DNA of 64,000 bases. Origin: an uncultured Aliarcobacter sp. GTDB lineage: Bacteria; Campylobacterota; Campylobacteria; Campylobacterales; Arcobacteraceae. The notes under the pieces are model-generated. The model was not told where the DNA came from and ran no database searches. It was given only the letters and a program-made list of their open reading frames with translations. The translations under genes were made by a program, and so were the position numbers. Where the stretch lies: NCBI GenBank assembly GCA_963677435.1, contig OY781945.1:1184001-1248000 (forward strand), given 5' to 3'. Of this stretch, positions 18,632 to 29,020 are shown in pieces (the stretch's first letter is position 1; each line of letters starts with the position of its first letter).

Positions 18632-19651
18632 ATGTTTGGAAACTCAATCTTAAAAAAAATATTAGCAACAACAGCGCTGACTGTTTCAATGCTAAGTGTT
18701 GCAAATGCAGCAAGTGAAACTAAGTATGTAATTGCAACTGCAAGTACAGGTGGTACTTATTATCCAGTAGGTGTTGGAATTGCTACTATTGCTTCAATAA
18801 AACTAGCAGAAAAAAATAAAATGACTTTCTCTGCAATTACAAGTGCTGGAAGTAATGAAAATATTGATATGTTAGGAAAAGGTGAAGTAAACTTTGCAAT
18901 TCTACAAGGTCTTTATGGTTCTATGGCTTGGCAAGGAAAAGGTCAATATGAAGGTAAAGCTCAAAAAAATCTAAGATCAATCACAATGCTTTGGGAAAAT
19001 GTTGAGCAAATTACTGTTAAAAGTAAATATGCAAAAACTGGTAACATCAAAGATATGAAAAATCTTTATGGTGAAAGATTCTCAATTAGTGGTAGAAGTT
19101 CAGGTTCTAGAGTTTCAACTGAAACTATTTTTAGCTCACTTGGAATTGATTACAATAAAATGGATTTAGAATATTTAGGTTATAGCCCAAGTTCTACTGC
19201 ACTTCAAGATGGAAAAGTACAAGGTATGACAACTCCATCAGGTACTCCAACATCAGCTGTTACAAATGCTTTTGCTTCAATTGGAAATGATAATATTAAA
19301 GTACTTAATTTTACAGCAGAAGATTTAAAAGCAATAAATGATAACTATCCTGTATGGAATCCATTTACAATAAAAGCAGGAACTTATCCTGGTCAAGATA
19401 AAGATATAAATACAATCGCTCAACCAAACTTATTAGTTGTTACAAAAGATACACCAGAAGAGACAGTTTATCTTTTAACTAAAACAATTTATGAAAATTT
19501 ACCATTTTTAAATAGTGTACATAAAGCAACACTTGTAATGTCACTACAAAAAGCAATTGTTGGTTTACCAATGCCTTTACATAAAGGTGCAGCTAAATAC
19601 TATAGAGAACAAGGTATAAAAATACCAGATTCACTTATAGACAATAACTAA
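18632..19651 (+). CDS. TAXI-family TRAP transporter solute-binding protein
   Basis: Signal peptide, IATASTGGTYYPVG, SAGSNEN, PLHKGAAKYY. Confidence 0.93.
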   Translation: MFGNSILKKILATTALTVSMLSVANAASETKYVIATASTGGTYYPVGVGIATIASIKLAEKNKMTFSAITSAGSNENIDMLGKGEVNFAILQGLYGSMAWQGKGQYEGKAQKNLRSITMLWENVEQITVKSKYAKTGNIKDMKNLYGERFSISGRSSGSRVSTETIFSSLGIDYNKMDLEYLGYSPSSTALQDGKVQGMTTPSGTPTSAVTNAFASIGNDNIKVLNFTAEDLKAINDNYPVWNPFTIKAGTYPGQDKDINTIAQPNLLVVTKDTPEETVYLLTKTIYENLPFLNSVHKATLVMSLQKAIVGLPMPLHKGAAKYYREQGIKIPDSLIDNN

Positions 19652-19741
19652 AAATAAAGAGAGAAAACTCTCTTTATTTATATGGTACATAAGTGATTTA
19701 AAATCATTTATGTAGCTTATAAAAAATTAAGGACTATCATC

Positions 19742-21691
19742 ATGATACAAATAAAATATTTTAAAGAGATAACATTTGCATATGCAATACTAATCTCACT
19801 TTTTCACTTTTATGTGAATATTTGGGGAGGAATAAGTGATTTATGGTTTAACTCTGCTCACTTTGCCCTTTTAGCATCACTTGGTTTTTTGACTTATGAA
19901 TCTAGTAATGATGATAATAAAATAAGCATATTTAACATAATTTTTGCGTTGCTTTCACTAAGTACTTTTGTTTATATGGTTCTATTTGAAGAGAGTTTAT
20001 ACGATGTTGCAAATGGCCAAATGAGAACAAGTGATGTGATAGCTGCATGTCTTACAATTGCCCTTGCAATTGAGATGGTAAGACGAGCAACGGGTTATAT
20101 TATTCCTATTATCATTATTTTATGTATTTCATATATTTTGTTTTTAGGTCAATATTTTGAGGGTATTTTTGCATTTGCTGGAATGGATTATGAAAGATTC
20201 TTATATAGAATGTTTTATACAAGTGAGGGACTCTTTGGGCCAATTGCTACAATCTCATCTACTTATGTATTTATGTTTATTTTATTTGCCGCTTTTTTAT
20301 TAAAGTCAGGTGCAGGAGATTTTATCGTAGATGTTTCAAATGCAGTTGCAGGGAAATATACAGGTGGAACAGGACATGTGGCTGTATTTTCATCAGCTTT
20401 AATGGGAACAATTTCAGGAAGTGCAGTTGCAAATACAGTTTCAACGGGATCTATTACAATTCCTATGATGAAAAAAGCAGGTTTCAAAGGAACATTTGCC
20501 GCAGCAGTTGAAGCAGCTGCAAGTACAGGTGGACAAATTATGCCTCCAATTATGGGAGCAGGGGCTTTTATTATGGCACAAATTACAAATATACCTTTTG
20601 TGACTATTGTAACAGTTTCTATTTTGCCAGCAATTTTATATTTTGCATCTATCTCTTTTTATATTCATATCCATGCAAAAGAGAACAATATCAAAGGTGA
20701 AGAAAGTAATATAAAAGTTCTTCCATTATTAAGAGAAGGGTTTCATTTTATTATTCCACTTACAACATTAGTTGGACTTTTGATTTATGGATATTCTCCT
20801 ACATATGCGGCTTCTATTGCAATTGTTACAATTGTTTTAGCTTCATATTTAACAAAAAATAAAAGAATGGGAATAAAAGAGATTTTAGAAGCCTTAGCTT
20901 TAGGAAGCCAAAATATGATAGTAACGGGTGTTTTATTAATAGCTGTTGGTGTTATTGTTGGAGTTATAAATATCTCAGGTGTTGGAATTACTTTCTCTCA
21001 ACTTATTATGGAGTGGTCAGGAAACTCTTTATTAATTGCTATTGTTTTAGTTGCTCTTGCTTCACTTATTTTAGGAATGGGATTGCCTGTAACTGCATCT
21101 TATGTTGTATTATCAGTTTTAAGTGCTCCTGCACTTGTTGGACTTATGTTAAGTCCTGAAATGGCTGCACTTGTAAATGCTGGAATTCAACTTCCAGAAG
21201 CTGCTATGTATTTATTATCAGCCCATTTAATTATTTTTTGGCTATCACAAGATTCAAATCTTACACCACCTGTATGTTTAGCAGCTTTTGCAGCAGCTGC
21301 AATTGCTAAAACACCTCCGATGGAAACAGGATTAGTTTCTTGGAAAATTGGAAAAGGAATGTATATTATCCCTTTATTATTTGCCTTTACTCCCCTTGTA
21401 ACTGGTGATTGGTATGAAAGATTTGAAGTATTTATTTTTGCATTTTTTGGAATTTTATCTTTTTCTATTGTTATGGAAGGTTTTTGGGATAAAAAGATGT
21501 TAATACTTGAAAGAATCATGTTTGCAATTGCTACAATTTTATTATTAACTGAAGATGAGGTATATCATATTGAGTCATATTTTGGTATAGTTCAAACAAC
21601 ACATATTGTGGGATTCATAATATTTGCTGTTTCTATGATTCTACATAAGATGTTATTTAAAGAAGGAAAAAAATATGCAGGAATTAATTAA
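19742..21691 (+). CDS. TRAP transporter fused permease (4TM/12TM)
   Basis: GTISGSAVAN, EAAASTGGQIMPPIMGAGAF, TPPVCLAAF. Confidence 0.93.
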   Translation: MIQIKYFKEITFAYAILISLFHFYVNIWGGISDLWFNSAHFALLASLGFLTYESSNDDNKISIFNIIFALLSLSTFVYMVLFEESLYDVANGQMRTSDVIAACLTIALAIEMVRRATGYIIPIIIILCISYILFLGQYFEGIFAFAGMDYERFLYRMFYTSEGLFGPIATISSTYVFMFILFAAFLLKSGAGDFIVDVSNAVAGKYTGGTGHVAVFSSALMGTISGSAVANTVSTGSITIPMMKKAGFKGTFAAAVEAAASTGGQIMPPIMGAGAFIMAQITNIPFVTIVTVSILPAILYFASISFYIHIHAKENNIKGEESNIKVLPLLREGFHFIIPLTTLVGLLIYGYSPTYAASIAIVTIVLASYLTKNKRMGIKEILEALALGSQNMIVTGVLLIAVGVIVGVINISGVGITFSQLIMEWSGNSLLIAIVLVALASLILGMGLPVTASYVVLSVLSAPALVGLMLSPEMAALVNAGIQLPEAAMYLLSAHLIIFWLSQDSNLTPPVCLAAFAAAAIAKTPPMETGLVSWKIGKGMYIIPLLFAFTPLVTGDWYERFEVFIFAFFGILSFSIVMEGFWDKKMLILERIMFAIATILLLTEDEVYHIESYFGIVQTTHIVGFIIFAVSMILHKMLFKEGKKYAGIN

Positions 21692-22271
21692 TACTTTAAA
21701 GTCTTGTGGTTATGATCCACATTTTGTACAAACAAAAGAAGAAGCTTTTGAATTAGCAAAAACTTTTATAAAATCTGGAATGAGTATCGGTTTTGGAGGC
21801 TCTGTTACAGTAGGGCAAATTGGATTATTAGACTATTTGACAAATAAAAAAGATGTTATTTTATATAATCAATATGAAGCTGGAATCACAATGGATGAAA
21901 ATATTGAAAGAAGAAGACAAGGTTTAGTCTCTGATATTTTTGTTACAGGAATAAATGCTTTGACAAAAGATGGAAAAATAGTAAATGCTGATGGTAGTGG
22001 AAATAGAGTAGCCGCTTTTTGTTATGGGCCTAAAAAAGTTTTAGCAATTGTTGGTGTAAATAAAATCGTTGAAAATTTAGAAGCAGGTTTCAAAAGAGTA
22101 ATGGAAGTAGCAGCCATTAAAAATATTGATAGAATGAATACAAAAGCCATAGATATGGGAAAAGAACCAAGACACAATCTTGATAATATTGCTAATAAAT
22201 TTACTTGGGTAAAAGCAGATGACAAAGATAGAATCACAATTATTTTAATAAATGAAGAGTTAGGATACTAA
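21675..22271 (+). CDS. LUD-domain (LutC/YkgG-like) protein
   Basis: GFGGSVT, NALTKDGKIVNADGSGNRVAA, VGVNKIV. Confidence 0.85.
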   Translation: MQELINTLKSCGYDPHFVQTKEEAFELAKTFIKSGMSIGFGGSVTVGQIGLLDYLTNKKDVILYNQYEAGITMDENIERRRQGLVSDIFVTGINALTKDGKIVNADGSGNRVAAFCYGPKKVLAIVGVNKIVENLEAGFKRVMEVAAIKNIDRMNTKAIDMGKEPRHNLDNIANKFTWVKADDKDRITIILINEELGY

Positions 22272-22272
22272 G

Positions 22273-23469
22273 ATGTATGATTATTTGGTGATAGGTGCGG
22301 GAATTATTGGACTAAATATTGCAAAAAATTTAAAAGAGAGATTTCCTCAAAGTAAAATTTTAGTAATTGAAAAAGAAAAAGAAGTTGCAATGCACAGCAG
22401 TGGAAGAAATTCTGGTGTTTTACATGCTGGATTTTATTACACTGCAAACTCACTTAAAGCCAAATTTACAAAAGAGGGTAACCTTGCTTTGAAAAACTTT
22501 TGCCATGAGCGAAATTTAAAAATAAATGAGTGTCAAAAAGTTGTTGTAGCAGTTGATGAAGAAGAGTTAAAAGGTTTAGAAGAGCTAAAAAGAAGAGGTG
22601 ATATAAATGGCGTTGAGCTTATTTGGCTTGATGAAAAAGAGTTAGAAAAACTTTACCCAAATATTAAAACTTATAAAAAAGCACTTCTTTGTCCTTCAAC
22701 TGCCACAGTTAATCCAAAAGCAGTAACATGTGAATTTGCAAAAGTAATAAATGAACTAGGCGTTGAATTAATACTTGATTGTAAATATTTAGGTTCAAGC
22801 AAAAATCTTGTTAAAACATCAAAAGGAGATTTTGAAGCTAAAAAAGTGATAAATTGTGCAGGATTATATGCTGATAAAATCGCACGAGATTTTGGTTTTT
22901 CAAAGGATTTTGTAATCATTCCATTTAAAGGAATTTATCTAAAAGATAAAAATAATATCTCAAATCTTACAACAAATGTTTATCCAGTTCCTGATTTGAA
23001 AAATCCATTTTTAGGAGTTCATTATACTCTTACAGTTGATAATGAAAGTAAAATAGGACCAACTGCAATTCCAGCTTTTTGGAGAGAAAACTATAAAGGA
23101 TTTGATAACTTTTCATTTTCAGAGTTTTTTGAAATACTTTTTTATGAAACAAAACTTTTTATTACAAATGCCTTTTCATTTAGAAAATTAGCATTTAGCG
23201 AGATTAAAAAATATAATCTAAATTATTTTAAAAATCTAGCACAAAAACTTACAAAAAATATGAATCACGAGGGATACAACTCTTGGAGTACACCAGGAAT
23301 TCGTGCTCAATTATTAAATAAAAATACTTTGGAATTAGTGCAAGATTTTGTAGTTGAATCAGATGAAAACTCAGTTCATGTTTTAAATGCTGTAAGTCCA
23401 GCTTTTACTTCATCAATTCCTTTTGCTTCTTGGGTTGTGGAAGAGCATATTTTAAAGAAAAGAGTTTAA
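22273..23469 (+). CDS. lhgO: L-2-hydroxyglutarate oxidase family FAD oxidoreductase
   Basis: GAGIIG, SGRNSGVLHAG, PFLGVH, GIRAQ, NAVSPAFT. Confidence 0.85.
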   Translation: MYDYLVIGAGIIGLNIAKNLKERFPQSKILVIEKEKEVAMHSSGRNSGVLHAGFYYTANSLKAKFTKEGNLALKNFCHERNLKINECQKVVVAVDEEELKGLEELKRRGDINGVELIWLDEKELEKLYPNIKTYKKALLCPSTATVNPKAVTCEFAKVINELGVELILDCKYLGSSKNLVKTSKGDFEAKKVINCAGLYADKIARDFGFSKDFVIIPFKGIYLKDKNNISNLTTNVYPVPDLKNPFLGVHYTLTVDNESKIGPTAIPAFWRENYKGFDNFSFSEFFEILFYETKLFITNAFSFRKLAFSEIKKYNLNYFKNLAQKLTKNMNHEGYNSWSTPGIRAQLLNKNTLELVQDFVVESDENSVHVLNAVSPAFTSSIPFASWVVEEHILKKRV

Positions 23470-23538
23470 ACAAGAGTATTAAAGTCTTATTTTATATTTA
23501 AAAGATATTATTTCCTTATATTATAATTTGGAATAATA

Positions 23539-24726
23539 ATGATAAAAAATCTTTTTAAATCAAGAGTTGTTTTACTTTACCTCATGTCAATATCAATGGT
23601 ATTTTCATTTTCTGCATGGATGAGTTTATTAAACAATTATGTAATTGAAGTAGCCTCTTTTAATGGTAGTCAAATTGGTATTTTACAAAGTCTAAGAGAA
23701 ATACCAGGTTTTTTAGCTTTTACTGTTATTTTAGTGATTTTATTTATTTCTCAACAAAGACTAGCATATATTTCAATGATAGTTTTAGGTTTAGGTGTTT
23801 TTCTAACGGGATTTTATCCTAGTGCTATTGGACTTTATATTACGACTGTAATTATGTCTATTGGATTTCACTATTTAGAAACACTAAATCAATCTTTATC
23901 TCTTCAATGGCTTGATAAAAAAAATGCTCCAATAATCTTGGGAAAAATGAGTGCTGCTAAGTCTTTTACTTCTATTGTTGTATTTGTTTTAATATATATA
24001 ATGATGAAATTTTATAGTGTTGATTATAAATATGTTTATGCTTTTTTTGGGCTTAGTACTTTAATTGTAGGAGTTTTAGCTTGGATAGCTTTTGAGCATT
24101 TTAAAGATGATGTTATTCAAGAAAAAAAATTAGTTATAAAAAAAGAGTATTGGCTTTTTTATACTTTAACTTTTTTTGCAGGTGCAAGAAGACAAATATT
24201 TGTAGTATTTGCTGGATTTTTACTTGTTCAAAAATTTGGTGTTGATATTGAAAGTATGGTAGTTTTACTTTTTGCAAATGCTGTATTAAATATATTTTTA
24301 GCTCCAAAAATCGGAAGATTTATTGCTCGAGCGGGAGAGAGAATTACTCTAAACTTTGAGTATATTGGTTTAGTGTTAGTATTTGTTTCTTATGCTTTTG
24401 TTGATAGTATTTATTTTGCATTTTTTCTTTATATAGTGGATCATTTACTATTTTCAATGGCAATCGCTTTAAAAACATATTTTCAAAAAATTGCAGATCC
24501 AAAAGACATAGCAAGTGCGAATGCTGTTAGTTTTACAATTAACCATATTGCAGCTGTATTTTTACCATTTGTATTAGGAATTGTTTGGTTAAATTCTCCA
24601 TCATTAGTATTTATTATTGGAGCTATAATTGCTGTTATATCTTTTGCCTTATCTTTTTTAATTCCATTAAACCCAAGACAAGGTTTTGAAACAACTTTAA
24701 AATCAAAAAAGCTTGAGTTAGAATAA
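23539..24726 (+). CDS. MFS transporter
   Basis: ~12 hydrophobic segments; LREIPGFL, INHIAAV. Confidence 0.85.
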   Translation: MIKNLFKSRVVLLYLMSISMVFSFSAWMSLLNNYVIEVASFNGSQIGILQSLREIPGFLAFTVILVILFISQQRLAYISMIVLGLGVFLTGFYPSAIGLYITTVIMSIGFHYLETLNQSLSLQWLDKKNAPIILGKMSAAKSFTSIVVFVLIYIMMKFYSVDYKYVYAFFGLSTLIVGVLAWIAFEHFKDDVIQEKKLVIKKEYWLFYTLTFFAGARRQIFVVFAGFLLVQKFGVDIESMVVLLFANAVLNIFLAPKIGRFIARAGERITLNFEYIGLVLVFVSYAFVDSIYFAFFLYIVDHLLFSMAIALKTYFQKIADPKDIASANAVSFTINHIAAVFLPFVLGIVWLNSPSLVFIIGAIIAVISFALSFLIPLNPRQGFETTLKSKKLELE

Positions 24727-24735
24727 ATCTAACTC

Positions 24736-25248
24736 TTAAGCTTTAGTTGTTGGATCAACAAATACTCTTGTTCCTAATTCTTGATCAATAGCGTAAAGAC
24801 CATAACCATTATCTCCCACAAGTTTTAGTTTGTCAATAATTGTGTTTAGTGTAGCCTCTTCTTCAACTTGTTCAGTTGCATACCATTGAAGCATATTATA
24901 TGTGGCATGATCTTTATTTTTCATAGCCAAATCACTAAGTTCATTTAGATTTGCACTCATAGAGATTTCATGAGCTAGAGCTTTTTTGAAAGTATCTAAA
25001 ATTGCTTTGAATTCAACATTTGATTTTTTAATTTCAGGTAAATTAATTGTAACTTGATGATTTTCTAAATACTTAAATAGTTTCATAGCATGGGCAAGCT
25101 CTTCTTGATATTGAATCAAAAACCAGCTAGAAGAGCCATTTAATCCACTTTTTGAAGCATAAGCTGACATACCTAAATAGATATAAGCTGACTGAAATTC
25201 CTTGTTTAACTGAACGATTAATGCATTTGCAACTTCATCTTTTAACAT
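24736..25248 (-). CDS. ftnA: Non-heme ferritin
   Basis: QLNKE, YLGMS, EELAHAMK, LQWYATEQVEEE ferroxidase motifs. Confidence 0.92.
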   Translation of the reverse strand: MLKDEVANALIVQLNKEFQSAYIYLGMSAYASKSGLNGSSSWFLIQYQEELAHAMKLFKYLENHQVTINLPEIKKSNVEFKAILDTFKKALAHEISMSANLNELSDLAMKNKDHATYNMLQWYATEQVEEEATLNTIIDKLKLVGDNGYGLYAIDQELGTRVFVDPTTKA

Positions 25249-25356
25249 AGTAACTCCTTGTTTTTAATAGTGTTTAGTATACATGAATTAATCTTTAAAA
25301 GTAAAATAACCTAACTTTAGATAAAATGGGAAAAATTTAAACTAGGACTTTATAAA

Positions 25357-26277
25357 ATGGCTTTATATACATGTGGACATATTATTCCAGATTCTGACTC
25401 TATTTGTTCAGCAATCTCATTATCATATTTACTAAATAAAATAGGAAGACCAGCAACTCCTGCAAGACAAGGTGAACCAAATCCAGAAACAAAATTTATC
25501 TTAGAAAAATTTGGATTTGAATTACCAGTTTTAAAAACTTCTTTTGCTGGTGATGAGCTATTTATCACAGATTATTCAGATGTTGCACAAGCTCCTCAAG
25601 AGCTTGATAAAACTACAGTTGTTGGAATTGTTGACCACCATAAATTAGGTGATATTACAACTTCAGCTCCATTAGAGTGTTGGATTAGACCTGTTGGTTG
25701 TACAAATACAATCGTAAAAGAAATGTATGATTTTCACAAAGTTGAAATTCCTGCAAACATTGCTGGAATCATGATGTGTGCGATTTTATCAGATACAGTA
25801 ATTTTTAAATCACCAACATGTACAGATACAGACATCAAAGCTGTTAGAGAGTTATCAAAAATCTGTGGAATTGAAGATTTTGGTGCTCTTGGTATGGAAA
25901 TGTTCAAAGTTAAGTCACAAGTTATTGGAACTCCAATTAGAGACCTTGTAATGAGAGATTATAAAAACTTTGATATGCATGGAACAAAAGTAGGTGTTGG
26001 ACAACTTGAAGTTGTTGATGGAAGCGTTTTTGATGACATCAAAGATGAGTTAATGGCTGATATTAAAAAAGTAAAAGAAGAAAACAATCTTCACACAGTA
26101 GCTTTATTATTAACTGACATTATCAAAGAGGGTTCAGAAGTTCTTGTTGCATCTGATGATAATTCAATTTTTGAAAAAGCATTTAACTGTAAACTTGAAG
26201 ATAACAAAGTTTGGTTAGACGGTTGTCTATCAAGAAAAAAACAAATTATTCCTTTCTTAGAACCTGCATTCGCTTAA
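25357..26277 (+). CDS. ppaC: Mn-dependent (family II, DHH) inorganic pyrophosphatase
   Basis: GHIIPDSDS, DHH, ILSDT, SRKKQIIP. Confidence 0.95.
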   Translation: MALYTCGHIIPDSDSICSAISLSYLLNKIGRPATPARQGEPNPETKFILEKFGFELPVLKTSFAGDELFITDYSDVAQAPQELDKTTVVGIVDHHKLGDITTSAPLECWIRPVGCTNTIVKEMYDFHKVEIPANIAGIMMCAILSDTVIFKSPTCTDTDIKAVRELSKICGIEDFGALGMEMFKVKSQVIGTPIRDLVMRDYKNFDMHGTKVGVGQLEVVDGSVFDDIKDELMADIKKVKEENNLHTVALLLTDIIKEGSEVLVASDDNSIFEKAFNCKLEDNKVWLDGCLSRKKQIIPFLEPAFA

Positions 26278-26340
26278 AAAAAAGATAGCATGTCGCTATC
26301 TTTTTTATTTTTTTACATAATATTTTTATTAGGATTCCCT

Positions 26341-27108
26341 ATGGAACTTTTTGCTGATATTACTCTTTTTTGGGTAATTGCTTTTGTTGTTGTTGGTTTT
26401 TTAGCTGGTTATATTGACTCAATTGCTGGTGGAGGAGGAATGATACAAGTTCCTATTTTACTTTTAAGTGGAATTTCACCTTTGAATGTTTTAGCTTCAA
26501 ATAAAATGGCAGGTTTAGTTGGTGTTTTAATGGCCACAATTAAATATGCACTTAGCAAAAAAATATCTTGGAAAGTTGTAAGTATTGCAATAATTCCTTG
26601 TTTAATTGCTTCTTATATAGGAAGTAGATTAGTTATGTTTGTATCTGATGAAGTAATCAAATGGGCTATTATTTTAGCTATTCCAGTTGCAATGCTTTTT
26701 TTGTTTAAAAAAAGTAAAAAAATCATAGAAGAAAAAACAGAACTAACAAATAAAAACATAGTTCTAGCAACTGCTCCAATAGGTTTTTATGATGGTTTAT
26801 TAGGACCTGGAACTGGAACATATATGACTATTTCTATGAAAAAGTTTTTACATTTGGATTATTTAGTTTCTACAGCTTCAACTAAACCTTTGAATTTTGC
26901 TACAAATGTAGGTTCTGCAATTGCTTTTATAATGGCTGGAAAAGTTTTATGGGGAGTTGCTATTGTTTTAGGTTTAGCAAATATTGCTGGCTCTTATGTG
27001 GGAAGTCACTATGCCATAAAAGGTGGAGAAGAGTTCATAAAAAAAATACTTATATTTGTACTTGTTTTTATGTTATTGGCAAATATTGTAAAAATAGTAG
27101 TAAGTTAG
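26341..27108 (+). CDS. TSUP (TauE/SafE) family transporter
   Basis: IDSIAGGGG, GFYDGLLGPGTG; start reassigned to ATG 26341 (AGGA RBS; the longer ORF runs through the ppaC terminator). Confidence 0.88.
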   Translation: MELFADITLFWVIAFVVVGFLAGYIDSIAGGGGMIQVPILLLSGISPLNVLASNKMAGLVGVLMATIKYALSKKISWKVVSIAIIPCLIASYIGSRLVMFVSDEVIKWAIILAIPVAMLFLFKKSKKIIEEKTELTNKNIVLATAPIGFYDGLLGPGTGTYMTISMKKFLHLDYLVSTASTKPLNFATNVGSAIAFIMAGKVLWGVAIVLGLANIAGSYVGSHYAIKGGEEFIKKILIFVLVFMLLANIVKIVVS

Positions 27109-27172
27109 GTTTTTATCTTCAAAAGAACAATATTTGCAAGTCATAAAGCAAATACTGTTTGAAAAGATAAAA

Positions 27173-27733
27173 ATGAATAATATAATAGAAGTAAACAACT
27201 CAAAGAACAATGCTCAATTAAATGCAAACCGTGAAGAGTTGATTTACACTATTATAGATGCTTGTCCCTATGATTTTGAGTTAATCCCTACAATCGCTTC
27301 TTTTAAATACCTCTCTTATTTTGACCACATAACACAATATGACGGAATTCGATATTTTTCAAAAATGTATAAACTTATTGATATGTTGTGTCAATACAAA
27401 AAACTTATCCAAAAATTAGAAACAACTCAACAAACAAAAAACGATAATGTTTCAACTCCTTCAAACTCAAAAGACTTACAAATCAGAACAATCCTAACTG
27501 AAAATGACCTTTTTACAAGCTGTCAAATCAATGCTATTCAAATTTATAAAACTTATCTTTTTGGAGTGGAAAATCTAAAAATTGATGATAATGTTTTAGC
27601 TCATAGTCTAAATCATATAATAAATGAATTTTTCGAAGAAGCCTTTACTTCAAAACTAAAAAAAAGAGATATGACACAAATAACAAAAGTAAAAACACGA
27701 TTTATGGGTATTGATGTTTTTGAGTTTGTATAG
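27173..27733 (+). CDS. Hypothetical protein
   Basis: Open frame of ~186 aa from the first ATG; no recognised motif. Confidence 0.5.
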   Translation: MNNIIEVNNSKNNAQLNANREELIYTIIDACPYDFELIPTIASFKYLSYFDHITQYDGIRYFSKMYKLIDMLCQYKKLIQKLETTQQTKNDNVSTPSNSKDLQIRTILTENDLFTSCQINAIQIYKTYLFGVENLKIDDNVLAHSLNHIINEFFEEAFTSKLKKRDMTQITKVKTRFMGIDVFEFV

Positions 27734-27781
27734 GGTGTAAATTATTGTAAAATAAATGACTTTATACTGTGGATATATCGA

Positions 27782-27988
27782 ATGGCAAATAAAAAAGATA
27801 AACAAAAATTTATTAAAATTGATGATTTAGTAATAAAAGAAATGAAAATAAGAAAAAATGAAATTGAATCTTCAAAAGTAACTTTAATTGATGGTAATGA
27901 AGTTTTTAGAAAGATTGAATTAAAAGAAACAAAAGACAAAGATGCTATTTCTGAGTTGTTGAATGATAGTGATTTAGAAGATTTTTGA
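27782..27988 (+). CDS. Small hypothetical protein, partly resembling addiction-module antitoxins
   Basis: RKNEIESSKVTLIDGNEVFRKI resembles the C-terminal part of addiction-module components; may be a remnant. Confidence 0.35.
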   Translation: MANKKDKQKFIKIDDLVIKEMKIRKNEIESSKVTLIDGNEVFRKIELKETKDKDAISELLNDSDLEDF

Positions 27989-28020
27989 TACAATTATAAT
28001 AAATTAGAAAAGGAGTAAAA

Positions 28021-28317
28021 ATGACAAAAGAAGAAATATTATCTTATCTAAAATCAAAACAGCAATTTTTTTATGATAACTTTGGTATCAAATTTGTTGG
28101 TCTTTTTGGCTCTTTTTCAAGAGATGAAGCAAAAGATTCAAGTGATATAGATCTTTTGTATCATCTTGAAGAGAACAAAAAACTCTCTATGTTTAAATAC
28201 TTAAAATTAAATAGTTTATTGGAAGAATCTTTTAATAGAAAAGTTGACTTAGTAAGAGATGATACAGTTAAACCACAAGTTAAAAGTTATATAGAAAAAG
28301 ATTTGATATATGTTTAA
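28021..28317 (+). CDS. MNT (minimal nucleotidyltransferase) antitoxin
   Basis: LFGSFSRDE..DSSDIDLL and RKVDLV motifs; AAGGAG RBS. Confidence 0.9.
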   Translation: MTKEEILSYLKSKQQFFYDNFGIKFVGLFGSFSRDEAKDSSDIDLLYHLEENKKLSMFKYLKLNSLLEESFNRKVDLVRDDTVKPQVKSYIEKDLIYV

Positions 28318-28657
28318 AAGTAATAGAGATTTTAAGCTTTATATAGAAGATATTTCTAATGAATGTAAAAACATTAGAACTTTTACAAAAAATGTATCTT
28401 ATTCAGAATTTACAGAAAATTTAGAAAAAGTGTATGCAGTTGCAAAAGCTTTTGAAAATATTGGTGAAGCTGTAAAAAATATACCAAAAGAGATAACAAC
28501 TTCTTATGCTCAAATTCCATGGAATGAAATTGCTAAAATGAGAGATATTTTAACTCATCATTATTTTGGTGTTGATGACAAAGTTTTATGGGATACTTTA
28601 GGAGAAGATTTTAATGAGTTTGAAAAAGTAATAGAAAAAATACTTTTAGAAATTTAA
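28310..28657 (+). CDS. HEPN (DUF86/HepT-like) RNase toxin
   Basis: IGEAVK, IPW, RDILTHHY (Rx4H); overlaps the MNT gene. Confidence 0.9.
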   Translation: MFKSNRDFKLYIEDISNECKNIRTFTKNVSYSEFTENLEKVYAVAKAFENIGEAVKNIPKEITTSYAQIPWNEIAKMRDILTHHYFGVDDKVLWDTLGEDFNEFEKVIEKILLEI

Positions 28658-28721
28658 TTTGTTTTCTTAAATCCCCACAAAATCTACAAATAAGCCCAAA
28701 ACAGATAAAATCCCATTTCAA

Positions 28722-28937
28722 AATCCATTAAGTGAATTTATTTTAATTCATGGGAAATAGGTGTGATTCCTATACTGCCCCCGCAACGGTAATGCCCATA
28801 TAATAGTTTCTATTATGCCAACTCTTAAAAACCACTGTCTTTTTTGATGGGAAGGTAAGATTTGGTTTGAAAAAGTGTGCTAAGTCCGGAGACCTGCTTG
28901 ATAGATTAAATATGCAAAATCAGGCGGGGTGACCTGA
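28722..28937 (+). promoter_or_regulatory. Cobalamin riboswitch
   Basis: GGGAA..GGTG..ATTCC..ACTGCCCCCGCAACGGTAA, CCACTG..GGGAAGG, B12 box AAGTCCGGAGACCTGC (28882-28897); downstream hairpin sequence GCGGGG is complementary to CCCCGC (kissing loop). Confidence 0.93.
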
Positions 28938-29020
28938 AAAGTTAGCAATATACTTCATATATAATAGTTACTTTAAACCCTAAATGATTCTAGTATTAAT
29001 TTTAATTAATAGGAAGTTTC

